Assembly: GCA_964016885.1 (NCBI GenBank)
Contig: OZ024750.1
Span: 48,050,001 to 48,114,000 of the forward strand
Direction: 5' to 3'
Length of the DNA: 64,000 nt
Origin: Eledone cirrhosa
Taxonomy: Eukaryota
Shown: piece after piece, positions 1-14,441 of the stretch
Layout: each line of letters opens with the position of its first letter
Numbering within the stretch: the stretch's first letter is position 1
Notes under the pieces: generated by a model
Database searches by the model: none
What the model was told of the DNA's origin: nothing
Seen by the model: the letters and a program-made list of their open reading frames with translations, nothing else
Position numbers and translations under genes: made by a program

Positions 1-173
1 TGTTGGCACAAGGCCAGCAATTACCCAGTAAATTACTGGTACTTTATTTTATCGACCCCGTAAGGATAAAATGCAAAGTTAACCTCGGCGGGCTTTGAAC
101 CTTGATCGTAAAGGGACGTAACTACGCTCGAAAGCATGTCTGACCCTCTATCAATACTGCCAATTCACCGCCC
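1..173 (-). mobile_element. tRNA-derived SINE (family S1)
   Basis: Reverse complement of the S1 copies at 41968 and 54610: A-box-like TGGCAGTAT, B-box GTTCAAA, central TCCTTACGGGGTCGATAAAATAAAGTACCAG resembling the MetaSINE conserved domain, and 3' GCTGGCCTTGTGCC. Confidence 0.85.
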
Positions 174-469
174 TTATAAAGGAATAATGCTACCATATAC
201 ACGACACTGTTGAAGCATTCAGCCTGAAGCCAGTTTAATGAAAGAGGAGGACAAGCTGTGGTATAGACCGTACACAAGAAATGTAACATGATCATATACC
301 TAAGTACGTAAATCTATTCAGTCAAAAGGCAGCGTTTTCGAAAATAACAATATGTACAAAACATTTGTCAAGATATCATTTTTCCAATGAACCGGCCACT
401 TGAAGGGGTTGCTTAAACAAAATGATGGTTTCACATGTTCGCACATGGCCAATAATCCTTGTGAGGAAA

Positions 470-785
470 GAACAGTCGATTAAATCAACCCCAGTGACTG
501 ATTAGTAATATATGTTATCGACCTCAGAAGGAAGCGACACAAAGTTCACTTCCATGGTACTTGAGCGTATAATGTAAATCGCCAAACTAAATACAACTCT
601 GCTAAAAATAATGAATTCTAATTTAGGGATAAGGCCATGTCGATGAAATCAGCTCTAGATTTAGGCTGGTACTATATTTGATCGACCCGAGAAGGATGAA
701 AGGTAAAATTGATTTCAATGAGATATGAAATCAGAAAGGTAAAAATCCAGAAAAAGTACGGAATAGTTTGTGCCCAATGCTCTGC
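470..785 (-). mobile_element. two decayed S1-related SINE copies
   Basis: Degenerate TTATCGACC...AAGGA and GATCGACCCGAGAAGGATGAAAGG central-domain matches. Confidence 0.6.
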
Positions 786-2262
786 CAAGTATAATAAATC
801 TTATCTCCATATCGTCAGCTCCTAAAACAATATCTACAACAGAAAATGCAACACATTTCTAGCAGGGACAAACTAACAACATTTGTTTTATATTCATGGA
901 ACGCGAAAATACTTGTTATGCCGTGAAACAATGATGGAAGAATAAAAGAAATGAATCCAGCACTGTATGCTGTTTATTATTTTGTACATCTTTTATGTAG
1001 TTTTTCTCGTTATTGTTCCATTATTAATACAGATAAGGTTGTATTGTTATGGCGCAGAAATTGTTCTGTGAACTAACATTTCTAGTCGGGTTTAATTAGA
1101 ATGATTACGTCCTTGAGGAAATTATGAATATCACATTTTCCCCATTAGTTCAGCTTTGCAGATATAAGTCTTCAGGATTGTCAGATCTCATTAATGAGGA
1201 ATGTCAAAACACATTTTTCCTACTAGGCTTTTTTCTTACAGGTTTCTCTACTGTTATTCCTCAGATGCTAATCAATATGTTCATTGTTGAAGATAAACAA
1301 AAAACAAATAGGATCTGAGACGAATAGTTGGCAAAAAAGATTGCTTAAAAACATCCGTCAAATAAGAAAGGCTTGTTGACTTTTTTTATTGGTGTTGTTA
1401 TTGAAACCCAGCCAAATCTATATCAAAGGTTTTCCACCACTGGCCATCATATTCTATGTTTTCATGTATAGTGTATTATTCCCAACTAAAAATAAATCCC
1501 AGTTTAATCTTTATCAGGCAGGAACATAATCAAATTGATTTCAGCAGTCACCATCACATTGTATGCTTCCCCGTATATTGTATCACGGACTATATTATCC
1601 AACATGATTAATTGTAAATTCGGATTGTTTTAAATGCGGCATGGTAAAATTGTATAGAGGTTCGTTTCAAAATTATAAAGTCCAGACTAAGCTCACACTG
1701 TCGAGAATCCCTTCTTATAGAATGTACTTGTATTTCAAAGGTCTAGTTCTGTTACATACACACTTTCCCTGATCATTTTATTAAGGCTACATACATATGT
1801 ATAAGTAACGTTTGGTCACTTTCCCACTTTCTTGATCATGCTGCTGCGATGATCCAATAACTGAAATAGTAATCATCGAAAGCGACTAATGTCCATTACA
1901 ACATATGCGCTGATTTAATACATATTTGACTGAACGTTCCAACATGATCAGCGACATGTTAAAGGCTCTATAATTGGCAATAACTGTGAAATATTAGCAA
2001 TTTGAATTCAATATGTTTATCCTTTTTAATACAGTGGGCAATATAACAAATGGTCGCATTACGTAACTATAATTATTTCACGCGTAATGTATTCACATGT
2101 AAATAAATACGACGCTATGGCAGTAATTATGTCACACCAAACGTAATTGTTGGTGGTAATATAAATAAACATAAATCTGAAAAAGAAATATAGATTTACC
2201 AGATAATCTATTACAAGACTACTGGAAGAAGTGAGATTGCACACACACACAATATACATACG

Positions 2263-2362
<100 letters not shown>

Positions 2363-2455
2363 TTCTGACGACTGAAAACAGATATATCTGCTTTCAAGAA
2401 ATCACTGGTAAATGAAATAATTATCTTATGTTGTTTATTACATAACTATGTATAA

Positions 2456-2508
<53 letters not shown>

Positions 2509-3617
2509 TATTATATGTCATTACCAGAATACCAGATGGTGATTATTTTGGCCTGTATATATTAATAGGTTTGAGCATACAGAAATTTCGTGAAATGAAA
2601 ACTTCATTATTTTCTCTTCGGAATATTGCTTTTTATACTTTAGAACAAATTAATCCGAATTGAATGGTTATATGCTATGTAATTTGTTCCCTTCAGTTCT
2701 TTAATCCCAGCTGTACCTAAATCGTATGAAGCAAACACTGACTGATTCCGCTATAACAATATCGATCGCAACATGTATTAATCTAAATATCAATTTCTGA
2801 AATAGAAAATGAAATTGAAAACTAAGATTGATTTTTTTTTTCTTTTATTTGTGTATGTGTCAATATTGCCCCTTTTACAGAGAGACATACTCAGAATAAT
2901 CATACATTTCCAAGCTGAAATTAATGTCCAGCTTAAGGTGTCGTTTTTCTTTAAACGATTCTCCAAATCTATAACAAGGTTTTCTGATTTTACAGATCAT
3001 TAATCCCACCAAATCAATGATCTTTATTTTTTTTTTTTTTAAGACACATCTCATAGTTTTATTTATAAGTCTATTGCAAAATGTTTGATTATTTCACTTG
3101 GATATTTTAACCCTTATTTTTCCCGTATTTAGATTTCTTATGCAGGCCAATATATTGTTCTATAATACATCTTTGAGGGATACTCTCATTTCATGAGAGA
3201 AAAATGAAAAAGGAATGCTATATAGTTATGTAATCCCAATGTGGCCCCTCGGAGATTTATTTTTCACATAGACTCCCTATGATGCAAGGATTAATTGGGA
3301 AATCGTCACAAAATATATAACACTGATTCGAGTTAAGAATAAAGTTAGGGAGAATGGAATGCTTCGACAAAGAACAATTGTATCATACTCATCGTATATC
3401 ATTTTCTGATGATTTCGTTCAAACAAAACACTTCTTGTCCTGTAGAAGCCACTTATATATTACGTTCTTTCTATACTTTACGAATGTATTGAGCACTTTA
3501 CTTACTGTGGTTACCCCCGGTTGAACCCAGAACTCACATGCACACACATACGTCCCACCCCGACATACACACACTCTTATAATATATATATATGTATATG
3601 TATATACATATATTTAT

Positions 3618-3661
<44 letters not shown>

Positions 3662-3664
3662 TAC

Positions 3665-3712
<48 letters not shown>

Positions 3713-3894
3713 AAGAGGGGGAGAGATAATTGGAAAACACGAAAAATATACTTAAATTATGTGTTTTTCCTTTTATTTTCATTGATCCATCAAAGTGACA
3801 TTATTGAAAAGTGAGGGGAACAATTTCTTTTAAAAAAAGTTGTTTTATAAGGTATATAAAGTATTTTAAATATTTTCCATCTGTTTTTACAATA

Positions 3895-4057
3895 CTTGTT
3901 TCTACTTTTGACACAAGGCCATCCATACCCAGTGGATTACTGGTACTTCATTTTATCGACCCCGTAAGGATGAAAGGCAAAGTTAACCTCGGTGGGATTT
4001 GAACTCAGAATGTGTCAAAGATTGGCGTCCGACTCTCTACCGATACTGCCAATCCAC
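3895..4057 (-). mobile_element. SINE S1
   Basis: TTTTATCGACCCCGTAAGGATGAAAGGCAAAGTTAACCTCGG...ACCGATACTGCCAATCCAC, matching the other copies. Confidence 0.9.
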
Positions 4058-4059
4058 AA

Positions 4060-6020
4060 TAATTATATCCAAAAAGGCTAATTCCTTGGAGTTGGACTAC
4101 ATTGTGAATTGTATGTTATTATTAATGCTGTTTATCATATTTTTGAAAATAATAAGTTTATTCATGTTTTCGTGGCATAGTATAAACCAATCGTCTAGGT
4201 ATATCTCCCAATTGTTTTTGGGATGTGTAAGGAAAGAGTCACTGAATAGTAGTTGGGATTAATTGTAGATTTGTTGTTCGCGTAATTCCAAGACTAAGTT
4301 TGCGTATGTGGAGGCTTCCTTCGAGCCCATTGTTGTGTGTCTAGCTAGTTCTGGATTGCCATTGTTCGATAGTTTTGGGGTATGTTAGTGCTACACAAAA
4401 ACAGCCAATGATTGTGTCTTCACTTACTGTTTGGTACGTAGGTGGTTCAGCATATCACGGTCATCTTATATGTAACTATGTATATGTTTTAGGAAGGGCT
4501 TTAGTAGCATGTTCAGGAAGTTGCTAAGTCAGTGGATTTCACACGCAAAGCCTGGTATAATTAGTCTGAGTTTTATATCTTCTAGGATTTTAATTTTATG
4601 TATTTGTTAGTCGAAGACTCACAGACATCGTTTGTGAGTTTACATTTGTGGATCTTCGGTAAGCCGCAATGTACATGTTTTGCTTATGAAATGACTTATG
4701 TATTCAAATTCATTTATGTTTAGGCTATTGCGATATATTTGTAGTAATGTTGGAGATTCCCCATTTCTTTAGTTTGTAGTTTTCTGTTTGTTCCTAGTAT
4801 TTATTTTCGTCTAAGATTTTAAGTGCCAGGTACCTATGGTAGTCAGTATTCATGATGACTAGCGTGATCCCTTTATCGGCTTCTTTGATGGTTATTTCAG
4901 TGTTATCTCGGAGTGCGAATAATATTTTCCATTTGTGTTTTGAGAGGTTTGATTACGTGTTTTTATTTGTAGATTTTTCAGAGATAATTTCGCCGTAGGT
5001 GTCTAATGTTTGGTTCCTTCCTTTCTGTGGGAAGAAATCACTTTTATGTCTAACTATTGATCGTCTCCATGTTGGTGTCATTGGAGATCTATTCTATTAA
5101 TCTAAGTTTTCGGCAGAATTCCATGATGCCATCTTTCATTTCGAGGGAGTTAGATTTTCGTTGTGTGGGTGTCAATTTCAGGCCATATTTAATATGTTAA
5201 TTTGTGGTGTGTTAGTTAGTGATTTCTTTCAAAGGTTAATTATCTTCGGTTTCTCATGACTCAGGACCTTCGAGTGCCCTCTCATTTCAGTTTTTTTCTA
5301 AAAAAGTAAAGTTATTTTGGTTGTAATTTTAGTCTGTTCGTATGTTTTGTATGAATCTGTATTTTCTTTTTTTCATGAGAGTCAATGTGGTGATGGGGGT
5401 GGTGTTTTTTGTAGTTGTTATTTTGGAAGGGTTCGGTTATCGGTTCATGTGGTTTGGGTGGATTCTTTCTGGGATATATAGTTTTGATGTTATGGGGTTA
5501 TTTTTTGTAGTGTTGGGGGTGATAAGTATTGTAGTTGTTAATGTGGGAAGGTTTGGTTGGGATTTCATGAAATCTGTGCGGATTTCTTCTCATGCATATG
5601 GTGTTTATGTTGCGGGTTAGTTCTATGTTGTTTTGGGGTTGGTTTCTATAGGAGATCATTTTGTGGATACCTATGGTATGGCGGGTGGGTATGCCTCTTC
5701 TGCTCTAGGTGTTTTGATTTGGTTTGTGTTGGGTGGGGGGGATTTGTCTGTGGTTTATGTGTGTTAGGGTTGGTGGTATGAAAGTCTCTGTGGGGGTTCT
5801 TGTGTTGTTTAATTTCTATATAAAGTTGTATTCTGTTGATATCTTCTTCATATTTAATTATCCAGTTTCCAGATTTTTCCCATCGATTTAGTGAAATCAG
5901 TTTTACATTCTCGCAGTCCTGTTTCCAGGTTATTAAACTTTGTAGTATTGGTGCCTCACCGTTTAGGAAAATACCTTCCTTAAATGTATACAGAGTTACA
6001 TACGAGATGACGTTGATATT
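4060..6020 (-). mobile_element. decayed Penelope-like element, N-terminal region plus RT (Neptune-like)
   Basis: Minus-strand translation with stops and frameshifts gives the PLE motifs KIINL, GLKLTPT, EITIKEADKG, GLPKIHK, KLRLII and LSNFLNMLLKPFL. Confidence 0.8.
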
Positions 6021-6515
6021 ATGAACCACCTACCTAAAACAGTAAGTGAAGACACAATTGTTGTCTCCTTTGAGGTCATAAGCGTTTACACTAACTTACT
6101 GCATAACTTTCAAATAACGGCAATCCTTTACTGGATAGACACACACATCTTACATACCAAAAAGTATCAACAAAAACTTTATTATTGAGGAACTCGGATT
6201 TATTTTACAGAAACATTATATTACTTTCAATGGTTCAGTAATCCGCCCAATCTCAGTTACTGCAATGGGCACAAAGGTAGCCCCACACACGCCAACTTAG
6301 TCACGGGGTTCTACGAACAACAGATCGAAGACAATTGGAATCAACAATTGGAAGAAATACCTTGTCGATTGCTTCATACTTTGACAGGAAAGGTTGAACA
6401 CACTCAGTTTTCAAAAATATGATAAACAACATAAATAATAACCTATCTTGGATATCATTATGTTAAAAACAGACGAGAATATATTGAATACATGTGTTAT
6501 ACATTATAAAAGTCA
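6020..6515 (+). mobile_element. decayed PLE RT fragment on the opposite strand
   Basis: Translates with frameshifts as HLPKTVSEDTIVVSFEVISVYTN...TAMGTKVAP...ANLV..FYE...YLVDCFI. Its start is the reverse complement of 4400-4450. Confidence 0.8.
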
Positions 6516-7229
6516 TGTTTAAAAAAAAAATGTTCCTCTCATTTTATCAATAATGTCACTTTGACAAATCAAAGAAGAAAAGAGAAAAATAGATTTTTTT
6601 CATATATTTCCCGTGCCGTTTCCAATTGTAATATTTCACTCTAACGTGTTTTGTATAAAAACTTATTCGCCTTTTCACATATCTATCTATCTATATATAT
6701 AAAGAGAAGTACAATTTAGCTGTATACAAATATGTACATATATTTCGTATTTCTAAATAAATACGGTATGTCTATAAATAAATATCTAGAATGCTATGAA
6801 AGACATTGGCAGCTAACGCCACACAGCGATGTTGACAGACGCAAGGGGACAATCATAGATGCGTTTCGACCTCAACTGGTTCTGGTTAGGAGGATCTCTC
6901 CGGCTCTTGCAACAACCGGATTATGAAAACAGGCGATTATATATAGCTTGTTCGTCTGTAAAAATGAGGTGATTAATCTCATGTGCATATGAAGCTGTAT
7001 AAGATATGTCAACTTAATATAGAATAGCGGTATACACACATGTATTTGAATTTCGTATTTTTAAAGAAATACTGTATGTGTATAAATACAGATTTAGTAA
7101 GCCATAGATATGAAAGATACAGGCAGCTAACGCTGGGGGTAATATAAACAACATAGAAATTAAAATAATATCTAAACATAGGAATGTGTCAACAGGTAGA
7201 CAAACCAGAGAAGCAAATGGAATAGGACT

Positions 7230-7790
7230 AAGCAAACCGGAGTTGACAAGAACAAAAAAATAATGGAATAGCAACAACGACGACCTTACACAAACGCAGA
7301 ATAATGACTTAATATAAATATAAATAAATATACACAGGTGCATTAACAACAAAACACTAGTGAGCAAATTTGGAAGCAAACGCACACCAAACAAAACTCA
7401 CACACAAAATCACGTGCGCAAAAATATACAACAAGGAATAAATGAATAAATAAAAAAAATAGGGAATAGACATTACAATACAAGGGAGGAAACGCAATTG
7501 TACCACTGATCGTACCACTGATGATGTCACGGGTGTGTGATGAAATAACATTTATAGATAATATTCTTTTTAACTGTTGGTCAATCAATGATAAACATTG
7601 ATTGCCAATATACATGGTTTTCGCTTCTGTATATTGATTGACAATATACAGAAGCGAAAACCAACCAAAGCCTAAAGGTGAGCGTGTTTTATTTTTATTT
7701 CTGGCAATATTATATCAATATGACCTTCCCCAAATATAACAATATTTGTTTCAACACAGGATTTCATATCAAGAATTCTGAAATGGAATG
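7230..7790 (+). mobile_element. diverged copy of PLE terminal-repeat family C with a degenerate HHR
   Basis: CACTGATGATGTCACGGGTGTGTGATGAAA at about 7516 and ATGACCTTCCCCAAATATAACAATAT...TTTCAACAC match 17810-18060. Confidence 0.6.
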
Positions 7791-7819
7791 TACCTGTACA
7801 AAAAGAAATCAATAGAAAG

Positions 7820-8680
7820 ACTAGGAAGCTAATGACTACCTACATCATGTTCCAAAAGAGGAGTGATGTTGATAGACACTACTTAAAGAGATCTGAAGGT
7901 GTAAGAGGTCTTATCAACATAGAGGACTGTGTTCAGATGGAGAAAACTAATCTGCACGTATATGTCTGACAGTAGGGGGGGGGGGGGGGGCAATACTCAA
8001 AGCTGTACTGAAGAAGAAGACAATGGACCAGGGATGTCCAAGAAAGAAATAACAACAAAAAGGAAGAGCAACCGTCATGAAAAATCCCTTCATAGCACCT
8101 TCTTTAAGAAAACGGAATTCAGATATCCACAGACATGGATCTGGTTAAACAGAGGAGACCTTAAAGAGGTACAGAAGGAATGCTAATGGATGTACTAGAG
8201 CAAGCCCTCAGAATGACATTCTGAGAAGTGTTATAGAATACGAGTCGGTAATAGAATACGATCAAGTGAGGGTTCAATGGTATTCCAGGATACAGACGGA
8301 CAAGAAATTAGAACACAATAGTCATGACCTGAGGATTTTTGACAAGGAAAATGATCGTGTGTAATTGTAGATGTATCCTGTCCCTTCGACACAAGTGTGC
8401 AGGAAAAGGAAAAGGAGAAAATGAACCGATACCAGGATTTAAAGTGGCAGGTCGTCTCGATTGTCACTAGGTATAATCTCAAAGAGTTTTCAATGATGGT
8501 TAACGAACATTTGTCTAGCCCTCTTTTTTAGAACACTTTAAAAGGCATGCTTGCTGGGAAAGGCAAGATCCCTCCGATACGCCCTGAATATCTGAGCCTC
8601 TAGGTAGCGGCATGATATTCATTTCAACAAACTTTCCAGTTAAATAACATCAATGAATGTGACTCAAATAATAACAATAC
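7820..8680 (+). mobile_element. decayed 3' fragment of an R4/Dong LINE
   Basis: Matches 57830-58930 in the opposite orientation (SLHSTFFKKTEFRYPQTWIWLNRGDLK, IVDVSCPFDT), has the same 3' UTR and ends in ATAATAACAAT. Confidence 0.85.
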
Positions 8681-11600
8681 TTATAATAATACCGTGTTGA
8701 CATTAAAGATATAACATTTTTGAAGGTAATTGAAAAAGTACTGCAAATCCTAATCATGTTTTGGACTATCGTTTATATTTCATTTACGGTGAATTATGGT
8801 AAACATTTGAGTTGGTTCCCCACCTCTTAGTTTAATAACTCTACAAGCAAGAACCTAGAAAGTAATAACCAATTTTCTATTTTCTCCAACATGTAGGATT
8901 CTTGGCACTTTCATTGTTTACTGTTTGTTCTGGTTATATATATTTATTTCTAGTTTTGTATATTTCATTGTTTACACCAGCGTGTATATATAACTCAGTT
9001 AAAGGCTGAAAGTAGGTTGTTTATGCTGCTTTAATAATCATGATATATAACTTAGCTTTCAGCTAATGTTGAAAGCTAAATTGTATAATGTTGCTTTATC
9101 GTGTATTCTACTTTACAAAGAAGGCATTAAATGTGTTTAATGAAGTGATAATAAATGTAAGTAGAGCTGAGTAGTAAGTGTGGATCGATAAAATACCCAT
9201 TCCTTCTCACAGCAACAAGTTTAAGTGCCTTGTCTCTTAAATGTGTCAAAATACCTTGAGAGTAATATAAATTCATTGGCCTTGTGACAAATGTTGGATA
9301 CTTCCTATTAAACATTTCTTGGGGTACATTGCAAATGGTTTAATCTTGCATCCCGCACGGAATATATTAAAGAAGTCAACGATGGCATATTAAAAAAAAT
9401 ATATATAAACAAACGCACACGCACAGATACACACACATGGACACACACAGACGTACACACACACATACGTACACATACAAACGTACACGCACACACACAC
9501 GATGCATTAACGTCACTGAATACAACTCATTCCAGTGATTATTGTACAAGCAATATATTTAGGTTATGGATGTGATACACATTAATTTCTTTCTGAGCAA
9601 TTACAAACATCATATCATTTAGATAAGAATATATGAAATTAAAAACATTACGCCAATTCTAATGATGTAGAATTTAGAGGGCTCATTTAGATATTTTGGC
9701 GACATCACATCTACAGCGCCTTAATTAAAGGCAGTTTGTCATGCGACTGATATGCCGAGAAAACTCTCAGTCTATTTTGTAACATACTAGAGTTGACGTC
9801 ACCACAAAATTAACCCGTACCTTCTATAAAGTATGAGTGTTATTGTCTTGAACAGTGCACCCAATCCACCCTGTTGTCAAGATAGAGCAGCCACCATTAT
9901 GCACTTAATCCATTCTATAATGTGATATTGCTGGTGTTGCGATAAAATTGTCCAATACATTTTCATTGGTTGGTGTTATGAAAGGCTTCAAGCTCAAAGA
10001 AACCAACCACAAATAGTTTTCCCCTGTTCTTATGTTCTATCAAACTTGTCCAACCTATACCAGTATGTAGACCTGCTGTAAAATAATGGTGATAAATATT
10101 ATATTGATGTACCTGTAATGTTCAGTTTATACTTTTAAATAACAAGGAACACATATCGCCTTTTTGTGTTGTTCTCTCGCTTGTTTCAAATATTTAATAT
10201 TTCCTAAACAGATATGGTGGAAGAGTCATCTGATTTAATATTCATGGCTATTATGAACGACAGTTATAAAAGTGATAAGACAAAGATTCCAGGTGAAACA
10301 CCATATATGTACATGCAATCAATTAACTCTTGGTATGACAACAGTTGTTCTGTATATTGAGGGTTGCAAATCAGAATTGAAATATTTGTAATATAGCTGT
10401 AAGAAAATGTTGAAAGATTTGGTTTCGAAGATGTTGTATTAATGTGATGATATATTTGTATATCATACTTTCATCCATGGGACAATATTACAAAACATGT
10501 GGGTGCTTACATACATTTAAGACTGAAAGTCGTGGCCGAAATATGATAACAGTGTATAGATGGATTTGTGAAGGCACATGGTGTAGCAGCTATGCTGTTA
10601 AACATATGAACATGGTTGTCATGGACCGAGTAATGCGTTGTCCGATTTGAGTCAGAAGCCTCATTCCATGATGGGATTTTTGGGGGGTTTTTTTCAGGTA
10701 ATGTATGTGGGCCACTTTCAATAAAGTTAGGAAATCCTTCTCTAAAAATGTGAAATCGCTACAAAATTGGTATATACTTAATTTATCATCCTGGAAAGCA
10801 ATTAATGTCTACCACCTAGCAATTCCCAGTGACAAAATATAGTATGTATGTTCCCTACATACTATCTAATAAAGACATCTGGCTAAATACTACACATCAT
10901 TTTGACAGGTTTAGCGAATATTAAATTTCTATCCTCAATAATATTAATGTATTGTAATATGTAGATAAGCTTACATAATAAATTGCATGTATATTCGATT
11001 AAATTGTATTATGGATGTCATATTTAAATTTACTCAGTACACCATGCAATTGTATTGGTGACATAATACTTGTCACCAAGCAAATTGGTAGTGCTGGTGT
11101 CACGGAATAATTTAAGTGTACACTCTATATAGTGGTAATACGGGTGTCGGTATAAAACGCAGCCAATCCATTCTGTGATGTGATAGTACATGAAATCTGA
11201 TCCTTTTTTTTTTTACTTTTGAAAGAATGGAAGTAAACTTTGAATCCCACCAGTATTCGTTTCAGAATGTAAAGTAAAATATATTAAGGTAATAAATGTA
11301 ACATTTTGTTGAATCAATTATCTATTAACATCTCGTCTATTGATTCATATATATTATATTACTGATTGCGGTTGATTTGGAAGAATAGCATTTTGTCCTC
11401 ACAACACATTGAAGTAATTCATTTTACCGAGTTACGCGTGAAAAGCTAAAACATGCACATGCATCCTTCTTAGATGTATTAAAGAATAACGAAGGATAAG
11501 AAATAACCAATACGTGATATCATTTCAGTGTCCGTTTGCTTTCGGCCAGAACCAAATTGGATTGGGCAATATATTATCAAACACATAATTGTGTAACATT

Positions 11601-12004
11601 GGAATATAAGGGATTCAATGTTGACAAGGTAGGGAATCCTAATGTATTGAGTAAAGATGATACTCCAAGAGAGAAGGGAAAAATATATATTCAAATCAGT
11701 GTTGGTGATATTCATCCCTAAAAAATCTCTAAACACCTACACAAATACATGCATGCATACAAATGAAACCCAACAAATATATATAGTAACACAACAAATA
11801 TATAATATATATAATACATATATATACGAGAAAATAACAACCAAAATGCTGGAAGGGTCAACAGAATTCAGACAAAGGATTTCTATCATTTATTCGTAAT
11901 TATATAGTCAAAAGGTAAAATTTGGAATATGAAACACGAAAAGAAATTTCAAAGTACCTCACATGCCAGATCAATAATTCATGTCACTGGGCCATTTCTA
12001 AAAC

Positions 12005-12065
<61 letters not shown>

Positions 12066-12074
12066 AACTGCTTT

Positions 12075-12119
<45 letters not shown>

Positions 12120-12144
12120 AAATAATAATAATAATAGTAATAAT
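12005..12144. repeat. (TAC)n then (AAT)n microsatellite
   Basis: Directly visible. Confidence 0.95.
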
Positions 12145-12247
12145 TGTTTCTACTTTAGGCACAAGGCCAGCAAATTACCAAGTACATTACTGGTACTTTA
12201 TATTATCGACGCCGTAAGGATGAAATGCAAAGTTAACCTCGGCAGGG
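12145..12247 (-). mobile_element. 5'-truncated SINE S1 with a 16-bp target-site duplication
   Basis: TAATAATAGTAATAAT occurs at 12129-12144 and 12248-12263, flanking the S1 3' half. Confidence 0.85.
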
Positions 12248-12753
12248 TAATAATAGTAATAATGAAATGTGAGGAAGTTATGATAAAAGCACCGAAAAAT
12301 AGGAGATAATGCCAATAATGAAATCCAAAGAAAAAATATATATATGATATGTTAAAAGACTACCTATCACTAACCTCCTGACTTGATATATTCACAGAGA
12401 AAAAACGGTGATACATGAAAAGTAAGAGTGGGTATAAAGAAAGAAGAAATCGGGTGCGAGATAAAGTGTGGGAGAGAATGAGAAAGGGCGAGAGTGAAAG
12501 ATGGATGGCTAAAGCGAAAAAAGATAGTGGAACCGAAAAACATGCTAAGATGAAAGACTAAGCTTAATCGAGGAAGTACGAATACGTTTATGACAAACTG
12601 AAAAAGAAAATATGAGAGCGAATGGGAGACAGATTATGTGTAGCTAAAGTAAAAAGAATGCGATACATAAATCATTTCGTATCGTGCAGATAACAGTAGG
12701 GAAGTTGAAAAGAGAATATTCTTTAACGTGTTAGAGATAACACTGTGTCTGTG

Positions 12754-12806
<53 letters not shown>

Positions 12807-12917
12807 TTATACTATTAGTAATGAGTTCAAATCTCAGGTAATCCTTTACAATGAAATAGCTCAAAGAAAGAAGTATTTCTGAGCGGTGTAATACAAATAT
12901 ATTAATTTATATTAACT

Positions 12918-12951
<34 letters not shown>

Positions 12952-12955
<4 letters not shown>

Positions 12956-13179
12956 AACGAGTAGGACCCTGACGGCTGAGCTCAAGCCGTTCCAACGGCT
13001 AATTCTCGACTAAAAAAAAAAAAAGCATTTTTTTTTTTTTAGTCCAGAATTAGCCGTCGAAACGGCTTGAGCTCAGCCGTCGGGATCCTACTCGTTCCTA
13101 TTACCCACTCTACTACCCTAAGTATTGAGTACTTTGGTGTGTTATGGTCCACCTGGTTCCTTATCACATTTCCTCCGTT
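12952..13179 (+). mobile_element. fold-back micro-element, family A (PLE pLTR-derived)
   Basis: Inverted arms at 12952-13024 and 13027-13101, followed by a tail shared with 23053-23130, 26617-26695 and 55070-55147. (TA)n on both sides. Confidence 0.85.
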
Positions 13180-13198
13180 ATATATATATATACACTGT

Positions 13199-13231
13199 TC
13201 ACCTGAAGAAGGGCTTATGCCCGAAACGTCG
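13199..13231 (+). ncRNA. minimal hammerhead ribozyme motif
   Basis: CTGAAGA-AGGGC TTAT GCCC-GAAACGTC inside a unit of about 130 bp bounded by (TA)n, with AATAAA downstream. Stem I is weak. Confidence 0.6.
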
Positions 13232-13318
13232 TTCCCCACCCTACCCCACTCTCAAGAGCGTGAAATTAATAAACATTCGTTGTACTGCCTCTCTGTTTTG
13301 TTCCTGTTCAAATTTTCC

Positions 13319-13395
<77 letters not shown>

Positions 13396-13570
13396 ATGAT
13401 ATTAATAAATGGAAGCTGTCTTTATAAAACCATATATATTTTATTATATATATTTCAAGGGTACCAACATTTTGGTACGCACTCATCAGATATAATACAA
13501 ATGTTGTTTTATAAATATTGGCATATCCCCAAAAAGACAAGAACTTATCCTTTTAACTTCAGTTTGGATA
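13396..13570 (-). mobile_element. single-arm copy of the 23308-23592 family with an HHR-like motif
   Basis: Minus strand reads ATTATAT-CTGATGA-GTGCGTACCAAAATGTTGGTACCCTT-GAAA-TATATA. Sequence is shared with 23316-23435. Confidence 0.6.
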
Positions 13571-14111
13571 TATAAATATATATATCGTAAGAGAACAGGT
13601 ACGGTACAGACGGTGCGATTGCTTTAACCGAAAACATAAATATTCATACATTTATATAGAGATATACATACATATGTATATATTCATATATATATATATC
13701 AACTTCGATGTCACGTGATAGATTCTTTTGAATTTGCCACCGAACAAGAAGGCAGTGATTTTTTCAGCGTCTTGGAATTTACTCCCAGCTTGCTATTTTC
13801 TATCCACTGAATATTTTTGTATAAGTTCCCTGTTTCCGCGCATCGCCAGGTATCTTAGCTGAAAATGACTCCCTGATGACAAATAGGTTTCTCCATGACC
13901 TCCATTTGGAGACTATGTATATTCCCTTTCAGAAACTAATTAGTTGGAGTGAAATTTAAGTAAGCTAATTAGTATAATTTTCTTATTTTACGTCTTTCAT
14001 ATAATTGTTCTGCATCCCCTTGCATTGAACCACAAAATTACTAAGACAAAACCTATGTATATGCTTGCATAGGGATGCATATGTATATATATGTTGGTAG
14101 ATATACTAATT

Positions 14112-14186
<75 letters not shown>

Positions 14187-14300
14187 CGTGTGTGTGTATG
14201 TGTGTGTGTGTGTGCGGGCGTGTAGGTAATTACGAAGAAAAGACAAAGGAAAAAAGAGTGCTATATGTATAGAACAGAGCTAGTTAATTAGAAAGTAAGC

Positions 14301-14441
14301 AACAGAATATATAACAACTCCATTACCAAAGGTTTCTGGATCCTAGACAATATTAATATACGTTTAGATCGATCATCAGACAGAGATGATTGGTAACATT
14401 ACCAGAAACCTTTGCTGATGGAGTAGTTATATATTGTGTTG
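14301..14441. repeat. imperfect fold-back element, same family as 28335-28475
   Basis: ACTCCATTACCAAAGGTTTCTGG pairs with CCAGAAACCTTTGCTGATGGAGT. TCCTAGACAATATTAA is shared with the 28 kb copy. Confidence 0.7.

Noticed and set aside
9700-10090. Old SINE-like relics (also 19230-19350 and 32760-32970)
   Set aside because: They are too decayed to assign boundaries or a family from sequence alone.
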